Assembly (NCBI GenBank): GCA_002066995.1
Contig: MWTC01000031.1
Span: 11,649-75,648, forward strand
Length of the DNA: 64,000 bases
Direction: 5' to 3'
Source: Sphingobacteriales bacterium UTBCD1
Lineage (GTDB): Bacteria; Bacteroidota; Bacteroidia; Chitinophagales; Chitinophagaceae
Of this stretch, positions 37,850 to 47,795 are shown piece after piece. Every line of letters starts with the position of its first letter. Within the stretch, counting starts at the first letter, position 1. Both the position numbers and the translations under genes were made by a program. The notes below the pieces were generated by a model, which saw only the letters and a program-made list of their open reading frames with translations, did not search any database and was not told the DNA's origin.

Positions 37850-39955
37850 TCAGCTTAATTGCAGGTAAACTGTCAATCCTCTTTTCACAGCGCTACCTTC
37901 AGAAAGTGACTGCGCCATTACTTTACCTTTTCCGTTCGGAACCACTTTAAGCCCCATGTTTTCCAAAAGGAACAATGCATCTTTCAAGCCCATTCCTTTC
38001 ACATCCGGCATTGTTTGCTGCTTCACTTCATTGGGTTTTACTATTGGCTCATAATTCTTTGCATACACATCTGCCCAGGTATGCTGCATGGATGAATCGG
38101 TATAGCGTATATTCAGCTGCTTAAATACATTCATGATATTTCCTGCATTGCCTGCATAGAAATATGCAGAACTATCTTTCACTGCTGCATACAGAGATGA
38201 ATTCTTTTTGTCAACATACATTGCATAGAGACGGGTGGCAACTTCTCTGAAGACAGGCGCTGCCAGTTGTCCGCCATAATGCAGAGGTGAATGCGGTTTA
38301 GTACGGATCACAACTATGCAAGTATATTGAGGATCATTAGCAGGAAAATACCCCACAAAGGATGCCTGGTACACACCATCACCATATTTCAGTTTCCCGT
38401 CTGCCACATGAGCGGTTCCTGTCTTACCTGCAACCTGGAACGGCATTCCTTTAAATGCAGGTCTGCCGGTTCCTTCTTTCACCACATCTTCCATACACTC
38501 TTTTGCAGAGCGTATTACTGAAGGAGAACAAAAATCATCGCTGAGTACTACAGGCTGATTTTGTTTCAGCACTTTGCCATTGCTTTGTACACTGTTTACG
38601 AGGTAAGGTTTCATCATTTTACCATCGTTGGCAACAGCATTATACAGCATCAGTGTTTGCAGCGGGCTTACCTCCACTGCATATCCAAAACACATGGTAA
38701 CCAGGTCTTTCAGGCTTGCGCCTTTACCCAAATTTGCCATGTGAGGTTTGTCTTCACCAACCAAATCAATTCCCGTTACTGTGTCAAGCCGGAAACGATG
38801 TAAATATTCTTTGAACTTTTCTGGCTGGCTGGCAAAAGTTTTAAAACCGATCTTACTCATCCCGATATTTGAACTGTGGGCAAAACATTCTTTTACAGAA
38901 AGGATAGGTTTTGGAGCTCTTTCTGCATCGTTCACATCACGCACTCCGACAAATGCTTTACCGGTGCTGCCGATCTCCACCTTATCATCCGTGGTAATTT
39001 TTCCTTCACTTAATACACTTAATAAAGTTGCCAGTTTGAAAGTAGAGCCGGGTTCTGTTGTCAGCATCGCATAATTATAATCTTCATCATAAGTACCATC
39101 CGGCCTGCGGCCAAGGTTTGCCATCGCCTTAACCTTCCCGGTTTTAGTCTCCATCACTATGCAGGTACCATAACGAGCCTCGCTTTTATTCATCATATTC
39201 ATCAAAGAAGTCTCCGCTATATCCTGGATATTTACATCCATGGTAGTGATAATGTCTTTCCCGTTTTCCGGTTCTATCTCGTATCCATCTACCGGGACTG
39301 CCACACCGCCGGTGATGAAGCGAACCAATCGTTTTCCTTTCTTTCCTTTCAGCAGAGAATCATAGGTCCTTTCCAGCCCTATATTCTGTGCATTCTCCCG
39401 GTACAGGCCGATCGTTCTCTTTGCCATCATCATGAAGGGATTCTTTCGGAATGGTTTCACCTCGGTGATCACACCGCTTTTATTTCTTCCGAGTTTTACC
39501 AGCGGGAAATTTCTGAAAGCTTTGTACTGCGCAAAGCTTAATTTCTTTTTAAATGCGTAATAACGTTCTTTATTTTTATAAGCAGCCAGCAACTCGCTTT
39601 TGTATTGATCGGCGGATTTATCTCCGAAAAAATCTGCCAGTGACCTTGAAAAGGCATCAATATTTTCTTTGAAAATTTTTCCGTTCTTTTCTCTTAATCC
39701 ATCCGCCTTGAAATCAATGTAAATATTAAACTGGGGAAGTGAAGTGCTTAGCATCTGCCCATCCTCACTGTATATAGTTCCTCTCTCTGCGTCCACAGGA
39801 ATAAAACGCTGATGCATGCTGTCGCCCATGCTGCGCCAGTAATTTCCCTGTACCCGCTGAATGTAAAATGCACGGCCAAGTACAAAGCAACTTAATGCGG
39901 CAATGCCCAAAAAGCTCAGGTAAACCCGCCACAATATGTCACGCCTGACTTCCAA
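37850..39955 (-). CDS. ftsI: Penicillin-binding protein 3 (FtsI) with a C-terminal PASTA domain
   Basis: SxxK (STFK), SxN (SSN) and KTG(T) motifs, an N-terminal TM helix, and a PASTA-like MPDVKGMGLKDALFLLENMGLKV. Apparent TTG start. Confidence 0.9.
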   Translation of the reverse strand: MEVRRDILWRVYLSFLGIAALSCFVLGRAFYIQRVQGNYWRSMGDSMHQRFIPVDAERGTIYSEDGQMLSTSLPQFNIYIDFKADGLREKNGKIFKENIDAFSRSLADFFGDKSADQYKSELLAAYKNKERYYAFKKKLSFAQYKAFRNFPLVKLGRNKSGVITEVKPFRKNPFMMMAKRTIGLYRENAQNIGLERTYDSLLKGKKGKRLVRFITGGVAVPVDGYEIEPENGKDIITTMDVNIQDIAETSLMNMMNKSEARYGTCIVMETKTGKVKAMANLGRRPDGTYDEDYNYAMLTTEPGSTFKLATLLSVLSEGKITTDDKVEIGSTGKAFVGVRDVNDAERAPKPILSVKECFAHSSNIGMSKIGFKTFASQPEKFKEYLHRFRLDTVTGIDLVGEDKPHMANLGKGASLKDLVTMCFGYAVEVSPLQTLMLYNAVANDGKMMKPYLVNSVQSNGKVLKQNQPVVLSDDFCSPSVIRSAKECMEDVVKEGTGRPAFKGMPFQVAGKTGTAHVADGKLKYGDGVYQASFVGYFPANDPQYTCIVVIRTKPHSPLHYGGQLAAPVFREVATRLYAMYVDKKNSSLYAAVKDSSAYFYAGNAGNIMNVFKQLNIRYTDSSMQHTWADVYAKNYEPIVKPNEVKQQTMPDVKGMGLKDALFLLENMGLKVVPNGKGKVMAQSLSEGSAVKRGLTVYLQLS

Positions 39956-40091
39956 TGACTGAACAGTTTTAGTTGTTTTATAAAATACTTAAAGAAACTT
40001 ATGCCAATGCCGTTCAATTCAATAGTGTTCTTCCTTATGCATTTTTTCTTTTCCTGAGACTAATATCTATTTTATCCCGTCCTTATTTCCC

Positions 40092-40499
40092 TTATTTCAA
40101 TGAATCCGTTAGCACCACAGGTGATTCCTCCAGCTCTTTTAATCCCAATGGCGCCACGGCTTTTGCCAGTTCACTTTCCTGGCTACGGAACATCACTTCA
40201 CTTTTCACTGTTTTATATTCATATTGCAATTCTTTAACCTCTTTTCCTGTTTTATTTATTGCACGTATCATTTTGTCCGCATAGTGCCCATTATAGATAT
40301 AAATAACAGCCAGTAAAGTGAGGAATAAAAAGAACGGAACCTGCTTCACTAAAGAATGATAATTCAGCATCTTCTTCCATCCCGGCAATACCTGTTCCGG
40401 GATTTTCAATTGTTCATTACCTGTTTTCTGTTCCTGTATCATTTTTATATTTTGGCTCTTCATTTCCGGATCAAGTGCCACAGTCCGGAGGCGTGGCAC
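40092..40499 (-). CDS. ftsL: FtsL-like cell division protein
   Basis: Small bitopic protein (TM helix VPFFLFLTLLAVIYIY followed by a coiled-coil-like segment) between rsmH and ftsI. The exact start is uncertain because there are internal Met codons. Confidence 0.65.
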   Translation of the reverse strand: MPRLRTVALDPEMKSQNIKMIQEQKTGNEQLKIPEQVLPGWKKMLNYHSLVKQVPFFLFLTLLAVIYIYNGHYADKMIRAINKTGKEVKELQYEYKTVKSEVMFRSQESELAKAVAPLGLKELEESPVVLTDSLK

Positions 40500-40593
40500 T
40501 TATACCCGGTGTTCATTTCAAAGGATTTAGATTTTCAGAACTTCTAACCTTACGTTTACTGTCTAAAAGAGCTTATAATTATTGTCTAACTAT

Positions 40594-41499
40594 TTATTTT
40601 CTTTCTGCAATCCTCAGCTTAGCGCTTCTTGCTCTGGGATTATTTTGTATTTCCCCTTCTGAAGGCGTAATCGGTTTCCTGGTGATCATTTTCAGTTCAT
40701 TTACACGTTCGTCATTGAAAAAAGGATTACTTTCCGGTTCATCGAATCTCCCATGCCGGAAAAAATTTTTTACCAACCTGTCTTCGAGAGAATGGAAGGT
40801 GATCACCGCGATCCTGCCGCCTGGTTTCAATACTACGGGTGCCTGGAGCAGCATCTCCTTTAATGCACCCAATTCATCATTCACTTCAATACGCAATGCC
40901 TGGAACACTTTAGCGAAGTACTTGTCCGGATTTCCTTTTACAATGTTGCGGAGTACATCCTGAAGCTCTTCAGTAGTCTTTATATTTCTTGACCGGCGTG
41001 CTGTAACAATTGCCCGGGCAAGTGTTTTTGCATTGGTAACTTCCCCATACTGCTCAAATAATTTATGAAGGTCTTGCTCAGCGTATGAGTTGACAATTTC
41101 AGCAGCAGTGAGTACTTGCAACTGATCCATTCTCATGTCCAATGCGGCATTGAAGCGGGTGGAAAAACCACGCTGCGCTTCATCGAACTGATGACTGCTG
41201 ACACCCAGGTCTGCAAGTATGCCATTTACCTCAGTAACCTGATGTATTCTCAGGAAACGTTGCAGGTGCCGGAAATTCTGACGAATAAAAGTGATTCGCA
41301 AATCAGCAGGAAGGTTATTTTGTGCTTCCTTATCCTGATCAAAAGCAAATAACCTTCCACCTGTTCCCAGTTTTTTCAGAATTGCCTTTGAATGTCCGCC
41401 ACCGCCAAAAGTGCAATCCACATAAATACCATCCGGTTCAATATTTAAACCTTCAACAGTTTCTTTCAATAAAACCGGAATATGGTATGACTGATTCAA
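40594..41499 (-). CDS. rsmH: 16S rRNA (cytosine1402-N4)-methyltransferase
   Basis: HIPVLLKE and DCTFGGGGHS motifs. Confidence 0.95.
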   Translation of the reverse strand: MNQSYHIPVLLKETVEGLNIEPDGIYVDCTFGGGGHSKAILKKLGTGGRLFAFDQDKEAQNNLPADLRITFIRQNFRHLQRFLRIHQVTEVNGILADLGVSSHQFDEAQRGFSTRFNAALDMRMDQLQVLTAAEIVNSYAEQDLHKLFEQYGEVTNAKTLARAIVTARRSRNIKTTEELQDVLRNIVKGNPDKYFAKVFQALRIEVNDELGALKEMLLQAPVVLKPGGRIAVITFHSLEDRLVKNFFRHGRFDEPESNPFFNDERVNELKMITRKPITPSEGEIQNNPRARSAKLRIAERK

Positions 41500-41516
41500 T
41501 CACTAATAATTATTAA

Positions 41517-41972
41517 TTATTCGTCCCCTTTTGTCATCACATCTTTAGCCAGATCACTGAATGCCTCCGCAGAAAAAGAGTCAAAGAGCTGTTTGTACTT
41601 ATTACTATCCCAGATTTCAATTTTATTGACCGCAGCCACCAACACAATATCTTTTTTCAACTCTGCATATTCTTTCAGGTTTGGTGGTATCAGCAAACGA
41701 CCTGCACTGTCCGGTTCTACCTGAGTTGCCCCGTTCAAAAAATAACGGAGAAACTGCCTGACCTTTGGATCAAAGTCGTTCAGCTTTGTGATCTTGTCGA
41801 AGAGCGGCTCCCAGTTTTTTAAAGGATAAAGGCTTAAGCATTTTTCAAATCCCCTGTTAATAACAAAATGGATGGCATCCACCTCCGGCATTTGCTTCTT
41901 AAAACCTGCCGGAAGAAGAAACCGCCCCTTGGCGTCTAACGTCGATTCGTATTCGCCCAGAAAACCTGTCAT
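41517..41972 (-). CDS. mraZ: Transcriptional regulator MraZ
   Basis: Two SpoVT/AbrB-like halves with LDAKGRFLLP and DSAGRLLIP motifs. First gene of the dcw cluster. Confidence 0.95.
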   Translation of the reverse strand: MTGFLGEYESTLDAKGRFLLPAGFKKQMPEVDAIHFVINRGFEKCLSLYPLKNWEPLFDKITKLNDFDPKVRQFLRYFLNGATQVEPDSAGRLLIPPNLKEYAELKKDIVLVAAVNKIEIWDSNKYKQLFDSFSAEAFSDLAKDVMTKGDE

Positions 41973-42004
41973 TATCAGAGATTTGGGTCAATTTTTAAAT
42001 AATT

Positions 42005-42029
42005 GCCACAAAATAACACATTTTCCCAC
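42005..42029 (-). promoter_or_regulatory. Candidate MraZ operator: three GTG(G/T)N boxes with exact 10-bp phasing
   Basis: Minus strand reads GTGGG-aaaat-GTGTT-atttt-GTGGC (plus-strand GCCAC 42005, AACAC 42015, CCCAC 42025), 33-57 nt upstream of the mraZ ATG. E. coli MraZ binds three TGGGN repeats with the same period. Confidence 0.45.
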
Positions 42030-42476
42030 TTTACCAACAAATTTTACAATTTTTATTTTTTCCACATATATTCTTTTGATGAGACTCAACACAGCAAAGG
42101 ATCTTAAGGGATTTTAAAAATTTTCTAAATGAACTACAGTGAATTTGCTGTGAATTGCAGTGGAAAAACTGTTAATAAGATAGATTGGCTGATTTTATAA
42201 AGAAATCCAACCCGGTATAAGTGAAGATTACGGAAGAACAAAGAACTTATAATTTGCTTTTGTGAATGCTATTCCCGGGATACGAAGTTTTATAAACGTT
42301 CATTGCACCGGAGAAGTATAAATTCCCGGTTAGTCTGAAAATTCTTTTTTCCTACCCTATAAAAAAATATCGTACAAATTTTTCAAAGTGCTAATACTTG
42401 GCCTGAATAAATTGATAACATTTCAATTCATTAATACCTTTGTCATTCAGCTAATACGGCAGTTAGCCGTCAGGAG

Positions 42477-43697
42477 ATGGATCCTAAAAATATTTCGATT
42501 CAGGATTTTACCTACCAGCTTTCGCCGGAGCAGATTGCAAAATATCCGTTGCCGGAAAGAGATGCTTCTAAATTGCTGATCTGCGATCAGGGAAAGATTG
42601 CCGATGATATTTATCGCAATATTGCCAGTTACATTCCTGAAGATTCCCTCTTGATTTTTAATGATACCAGAGTAGTTGAAGCAAGATTATTATTTCAAAA
42701 AATGACCGGCGGAACGATCGAAATATTCTGCCTTTCACCACACGATCAATACCCGGATATTAACACGGCACTTGCCCGGCAGGGAAAAGTCTATTGGCAA
42801 TGCCTCATAGGAGGCGCCTCCAAATGGAAACCCGGCCAGGTACTCGAAAAGAATACAGGAGCAGTTTCCCTTAAAGCAAAATACATTTCCAGGCACACCG
42901 ATCATTTTATTATTGAATTGTCCTGGGTGCCGGATCATTTATGCTTTGCAGAAGTTTTGCATCTTGCCGGGAACATACCACTGCCGCCTTATATCAAAAG
43001 AGAAACAGAACCTTCTGATGCGCTACGATACCAGACTATCTATGCACATTCAGATGGCTCTGTTGCCGCTCCTACTGCAGGTCTGCACTTTACCCCCTAT
43101 ATATTTGATCAGCTGGAGAAAAAAAATATACGGACGGACTTTGTCACACTGCATGTGGGGGCAGGTACGTTCAAGCCGGTGAAAAGCGAAAGAATGGGAA
43201 AGCATGAAATGCATGCTGAGTATATTGACGTATCTTCAAAAACCATTGAAAATATTCTGGCAAATATTCAAAACAAAATTATTGCCGTTGGCACCACTTC
43301 CCTGAGAACGATCGAAAGCTTGTATGGTTTAGGGTGTAAAATAAAATCTGCTCCTTTCATTTCACCGGAAAAATTATTCTTATCTCAATGGGAGGTATAT
43401 GATTTTCCTGTTAATACGATATCAGCAGAAGAATCATTGATTTCGCTCCTTGAATGGATGCAGATGCACAACCCCGAAAGACTGATAACCAAAACTCAGC
43501 TGATCATTGCACCCGGATATAAAATGAAGATCACTGACGCACTCATCACCAATTTTCATCAGCCTCAATCTACCCTGCTGTTACTTGTGGCTTCCATAAT
43601 CGGCAATGACTGGAAGAAAGTTTACCATTATGCATTGAAAAATGACTATCGGTTTTTAAGCTACGGAGATGGTTGCCTATTATGGAGTACTCTTTGA
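42477..43697 (+). CDS. queA: S-adenosylmethionine:tRNA ribosyltransferase-isomerase
   Basis: N-terminus F.Y.LP.E.IA..P...RD.SKLL and the later LPPYI and GTTS.R..ES motifs. Confidence 0.9.
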   Translation: MDPKNISIQDFTYQLSPEQIAKYPLPERDASKLLICDQGKIADDIYRNIASYIPEDSLLIFNDTRVVEARLLFQKMTGGTIEIFCLSPHDQYPDINTALARQGKVYWQCLIGGASKWKPGQVLEKNTGAVSLKAKYISRHTDHFIIELSWVPDHLCFAEVLHLAGNIPLPPYIKRETEPSDALRYQTIYAHSDGSVAAPTAGLHFTPYIFDQLEKKNIRTDFVTLHVGAGTFKPVKSERMGKHEMHAEYIDVSSKTIENILANIQNKIIAVGTTSLRTIESLYGLGCKIKSAPFISPEKLFLSQWEVYDFPVNTISAEESLISLLEWMQMHNPERLITKTQLIIAPGYKMKITDALITNFHQPQSTLLLLVASIIGNDWKKVYHYALKNDYRFLSYGDGCLLWSTL

Positions 43698-45056
43698 TCC
43701 GGCAACAGGTGATACCTTTTTCAAAGGGATTTCTATTGTAAATGTGCTGCCTTTCCCCAGGGTACTGTCCACCGTGATCCTGCCTCCATGTGCTTCCACC
43801 ATCGTCTTAACATAACTTAATCCAAGACCAAATCCTTTTACATTGTGGATATTACCGGTATGAGCCCTGTAAAATCTTTCAAAAATTTTCTTCAGTGTAT
43901 CCCGGCTCATGCCGATACCGTTATCTTCTATAATGATCTCAAGGTTTTTTGTATTAGACTGCGTGGTAATCCTGAGCAACGGCGGCACATTTTCCCCGGA
44001 ATATTTAATTGCATTGTCAATCAGGTTATTGATCAGGTTGGGAAAATGTATTTCATCTGCATCGACCAGGTCATTTTGAGCATTCAGTAACAACTCTGCC
44101 CGCCCATTCTTTTCCTCCAGTTGTAAAGTGAAATTGCCTGCCGCTTCCTTGATTACTTCATGTGCATGTAATGGTTTAAGGTTCAGATCTACTTCCTGTC
44201 TTTCCAGTTGCGAAGCTTTCAATATCGTTTCCACCTGCCGGTTCATCCGTTGGTTTTCTTCCTTAATGATCGAATTAAAATAATTGATCTTATCCCTGTC
44301 CTGCAATACCTTTTCATTCCGCATCGCATCAACTGCCAGTGAAATAGTGGCAATCGGGGTTTTAAATTCATGGGTCATGTTGTTGATAAAATCATTTTTG
44401 ATATCCCCGAGTTTTTTCTGCCGCAACATAGTACGCACAGTAAGATAAAATGCTGCGATGATAATGACACTGAATAAAACAGCCATTGCAATATTCCATC
44501 GGAGCGACTGCAAAACGATTCCTTTTACTGCAGGAATGACCACAATCAGTATCTCATCAGGTGACAGGTTTTCGCCTGGTGTGCCCGTGGGTGCAAGCAA
44601 TGGAGCTATGTATGAAAAATTATGAACAGTATCTGCATAAAATGCATCAAAATTATCAGAGCGTTTTTCAAAATAGTCAATACCGCCCCTGTAATTCAAT
44701 GTAGAAATACCAAATTCAAATCGTACATCTTTAAGGTTATTGGCATTAAACGCTTTTTGAATTTTATCTTTGATCTCTTCTGCAGTAAACCGCTGCCCGA
44801 TAGTAGGCAGCCGGAACATATCCGGTGTCAGTACATCCAGTGGGGTACTGAACCGGTTTAACCCCCCGATAGAAGAATAATTCCCTTTACGGGCAGCAAG
44901 GTCCTCACCCACTTTGTTCGTTGCTTCTTCCACACTGTGCTTGATCTGCTCTTCTCTCAGCAATACCATGTTCCGGATCCAGGATATCTGGATCAATATG
45001 ATACTTGCCAATGAGAGGCTGATCAGAATAGTGATAATGGTAAATATTTTTTTCAA
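43680..45056 (-). CDS. Sensor histidine kinase (orphan; no adjacent response regulator)
   Basis: Two TM helices, an H-box (FINNMTHEFKTPIATI), and N/G boxes (LINNLIDNAIKY; DNGIGM; GFGLGLSYV). Confidence 0.85.
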   Translation of the reverse strand: MKKIFTIITILISLSLASIILIQISWIRNMVLLREEQIKHSVEEATNKVGEDLAARKGNYSSIGGLNRFSTPLDVLTPDMFRLPTIGQRFTAEEIKDKIQKAFNANNLKDVRFEFGISTLNYRGGIDYFEKRSDNFDAFYADTVHNFSYIAPLLAPTGTPGENLSPDEILIVVIPAVKGIVLQSLRWNIAMAVLFSVIIIAAFYLTVRTMLRQKKLGDIKNDFINNMTHEFKTPIATISLAVDAMRNEKVLQDRDKINYFNSIIKEENQRMNRQVETILKASQLERQEVDLNLKPLHAHEVIKEAAGNFTLQLEEKNGRAELLLNAQNDLVDADEIHFPNLINNLIDNAIKYSGENVPPLLRITTQSNTKNLEIIIEDNGIGMSRDTLKKIFERFYRAHTGNIHNVKGFGLGLSYVKTMVEAHGGRITVDSTLGKGSTFTIEIPLKKVSPVAGSKSTP

Positions 45057-45289
45057 CTCATTTCAGTGATGAAACCCAAGATAAATGATTTTACGGATCC
45101 CAGCGATAACGGCAAAAATACTGAGTGTGTTTCTCTTATGCCAGCAGCAATGAAAAAAGTGCCGGTTTTTAACTTGCCTTTTAGAACGTCGGGCAGCCGG
45201 AAACGGAATGAATCTGAGCCGTTGCCTTCATTCATATCTTATAAATAAAAAAATGTTTTGTAAAACGATTTTTCATGCTAAATTGAATC

Positions 45290-45841
45290 ATGATCGAGTT
45301 AACATCAGGCATATTACTGATTGCAGATCCTTTTCTCAAAGATCCTAATTTTCTGAGGACTGTAGTCTTTCTGTGCGAACACCAAACAGAAGGTAGCTTT
45401 GGTTTTGTGCTGAACCGTAAATATGAAAATACGCTGGACGAAATGATGCCTGAATTGGAAGGTCACAAAACGCCTGTGTATTACGGAGGCCCGGTGCAAA
45501 TGGACACCATTCATTTTTTGCACCAGTATCCCGTAGAGATCCCCGGATCTGTTGAAGTAGCCAAAGGCATATATTGGGGCGGAAATTTTGAAACAGTAGT
45601 TGCGCTGATCAAAAATAATCAGCTTGATTTTGGAAAAATCCGCTTTTTTATCGGCTATTCAGGATGGAGCGATGGCCAACTGCAAAATGAAATGGATGAA
45701 AAAACATGGCTTACATCAAAAGCAACAAAAAAGATCATCTTTCATCCTGATCACAATGAAATATGGAAAGATTCGCTGAAGTTATTAGGCGGCGATTATG
45801 AGATTATGATCAATTTCCCAATTGACCCGCAATTGAATTAA
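45290..45841 (+). CDS. YqgE/AlgH family protein (UPF0301)
   Basis: LLIADPFLKDPNFLRTVVFLCEH...GSFGFVLNR and GGPV motifs. Confidence 0.8.
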   Translation: MIELTSGILLIADPFLKDPNFLRTVVFLCEHQTEGSFGFVLNRKYENTLDEMMPELEGHKTPVYYGGPVQMDTIHFLHQYPVEIPGSVEVAKGIYWGGNFETVVALIKNNQLDFGKIRFFIGYSGWSDGQLQNEMDEKTWLTSKATKKIIFHPDHNEIWKDSLKLLGGDYEIMINFPIDPQLN

Positions 45842-45866
45842 ATTGCAATTCCCAAACCATATTTGA

Positions 45867-46598
45867 ATGAAACGGATTGTATGCACTTCTCTTTTAGGAA
45901 TAACTATATTCCTCTCTTCCTGCGATACGTTAAAAAAAGTGGCATCCCTGATTACTCCATCGGAGTTTGAAATGGCCACCGGCCTTAAAGATGCACTGAC
46001 ACAGGGACTGTTCAGCGGTTTCGATGCATTTGCCGATCCTAATGGAAATCCTTTGGTTCGTTTTGTCTTTCCCGGTGATGCCGCAAAAATTGAAAAAACA
46101 TTGCATGATCTTGGCCTGGATAAAATGATAGATAATGTCACTGCAAAATATACTCATGCAATGTCCTCAGCTGTCAGTGCCGCAAAACCGATTTTTATCA
46201 ACTCCGTTAAAAGCATGAGCATTAAAGATGCAGCAAAAATTTTGATTTCAGACAACCCGCATGCTGCCACTGATTATTTTAAAATAAGTATGTCTCCTGA
46301 ATTAATGGTTGCTTTTCGCCCTATCGTTGACAGTACGGTAAAAACTGAAGGTGCTGCTACCGAATGGACAAATATTGTAAACATTTACAATAAGATCCCT
46401 TTCATAAGCAAGCCGCTTGAAAGTAATTTGACTGATTTTATTTCTGCAAGAGTTATTGATGGCATGTTTGTAATAGTAGGCAATGAAGAAGAAAATATCC
46501 GCACTAAGTATGAGTTCCGTAAAACGGATATGATGAAAAAAGTATTCGGTTATGCAGAACAGGAGTTGAAGAAAAGAGCTTCACAACAGGCAAAATAA
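45867..46598 (+). CDS. Lipoprotein, DUF4197-like
   Basis: Lipobox (FLSSC) and a helical ~240-aa protein. The family assignment is from memory of DUF4197-like composition only. Confidence 0.5.
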   Translation: MKRIVCTSLLGITIFLSSCDTLKKVASLITPSEFEMATGLKDALTQGLFSGFDAFADPNGNPLVRFVFPGDAAKIEKTLHDLGLDKMIDNVTAKYTHAMSSAVSAAKPIFINSVKSMSIKDAAKILISDNPHAATDYFKISMSPELMVAFRPIVDSTVKTEGAATEWTNIVNIYNKIPFISKPLESNLTDFISARVIDGMFVIVGNEEENIRTKYEFRKTDMMKKVFGYAEQELKKRASQQAK

Positions 46599-46735
46599 AA
46601 ACAGTCTTCTTATAAGCAGATAAATACGTTGGGGAAAAAATCGCTTGTTTTCACTTATTTTTTATTCTTTCAAGCCGGGTCATTTGTTAATCTCAAAAAT
46701 TTGGTTACTTTTAAATTAAGTTAAACCAAATCAAC

Positions 46736-47765
46736 ATGAGAAAAATTACCCCCCCCGACATTTTTTTCCAAATCACTTGCTTGCCTCTTAGTAATCTTTT
46801 CTGTTTTGCTCAGTTTTAATTCCTGTAAAAAGGAAGAAAAGAAATCTGATGTCGCAATGCAGGAAGAATCTGTCAATAAAGTTCATCCTAATGTTCCTCA
46901 GTGTAGTAACGGCTATCACTGGGACTATAACTTAATGCAGTGTGTACCCAATTGCCCATCCGGTTATATTTATGATCCTGAAACAAATGATTGTATTCCC
47001 AATGAACCAAGCGGTGGATCCAGAATTTGTGGTGCAGAATTTAACCAATTTAATTTAGGTGGTTATACATTAAGCCAGGTGATCGAATATATAGGCGTGA
47101 AACACAACGAATATCAGGATTTCATTTATAATGGCATTATGGCTGATACATCAGTCCTTACTAACGGAACATTACAGGCTTTCCTAAAACAAAAAACGAC
47201 AACTTTTTTTAAAGGGCTGGGCATAACTGAAGCTAATAATCCATTACCCGGAAACTTTGATATATTAGATACAAGCTTTGTAATCACCGGTTATTCTTCA
47301 AGTGCAACAACTATTCTTAATCAATTAAAAGGGATTGCAGATGGATATACTGATGAAAATTATTTCCAGATAATTAACACGCTGGAAAACCTGAAGCAGC
47401 AGGCCCTCAATTTACCTGATTTTACAGAAGCTTTAGCAGTAGCAGGTTGCATAAGTGTTGCTAAACATTCTTATCAGTATTGGACTTACAATCTTACAAA
47501 ATGGTATGCTGTATTACATTTAAGTGGTAGCGGTTATGCAAATAAACAAGCTCCATGTGGTATTAATGTAAAAAAGATTGGAGGGAAAGATGTTATTGGA
47601 GCAATTAATGGGGCTACATTAGGATCTTTTGGAGGAGTTGTAGGTGCATTTGCCGGAGGAATTCTTGGCAGCGCTACTGCTTCGGCAGGACAGGTTTTGT
47701 GGGAAGCCGCAAAATGTATACCCTATGTAGGGAATGTAGTAAGATGGTTATCCGATTGGTTTTAA
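46736..47765 (+). CDS. Putative surface lipoprotein toxin with a C-terminal glycine-zipper module (5' end frameshifted in a C8/T7 tract)
   Basis: The ATG at 46736 opens MRKITPP..., which stops at 46817-46819. The main frame (ORF-track 46806-47765) read backwards encodes ...PPTFFSKSLACLLVIFSVLLSFNSC, a complete lipoprotein signal, if one nt is removed from C8 (46749-46756) or T7 (46761-46767). Mature N-terminus is CKKEEKK. C-terminus is GAINGATLGSFGGVVGAFAGGILGSATASAGQVLWEAAKCIPYVGNVVRWLSDWF. Confidence 0.7.
46749..46767 (+). repeat. C8 and T7 homopolymer tracts at the frameshift point of the toxin gene
   Basis: Counted directly: C at 46749-46756 and T at 46761-46767. Confidence 0.9.
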
Positions 47766-47795
47766 TCTATGTTGAGATATTTAAAATAGCCATGT

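Noticed and set aside
43680-43697. The 18-nt convergent overlap of the queA and histidine kinase 3' ends.
   Set aside because: Short convergent overlaps are common in compact genomes and there is nothing further to support a regulatory role.
45053-45248. Two overlapping 60-aa ORFs between the histidine kinase and yqgE.
   Set aside because: They are mutually antisense, have no recognisable features and lie in a short divergent promoter region.
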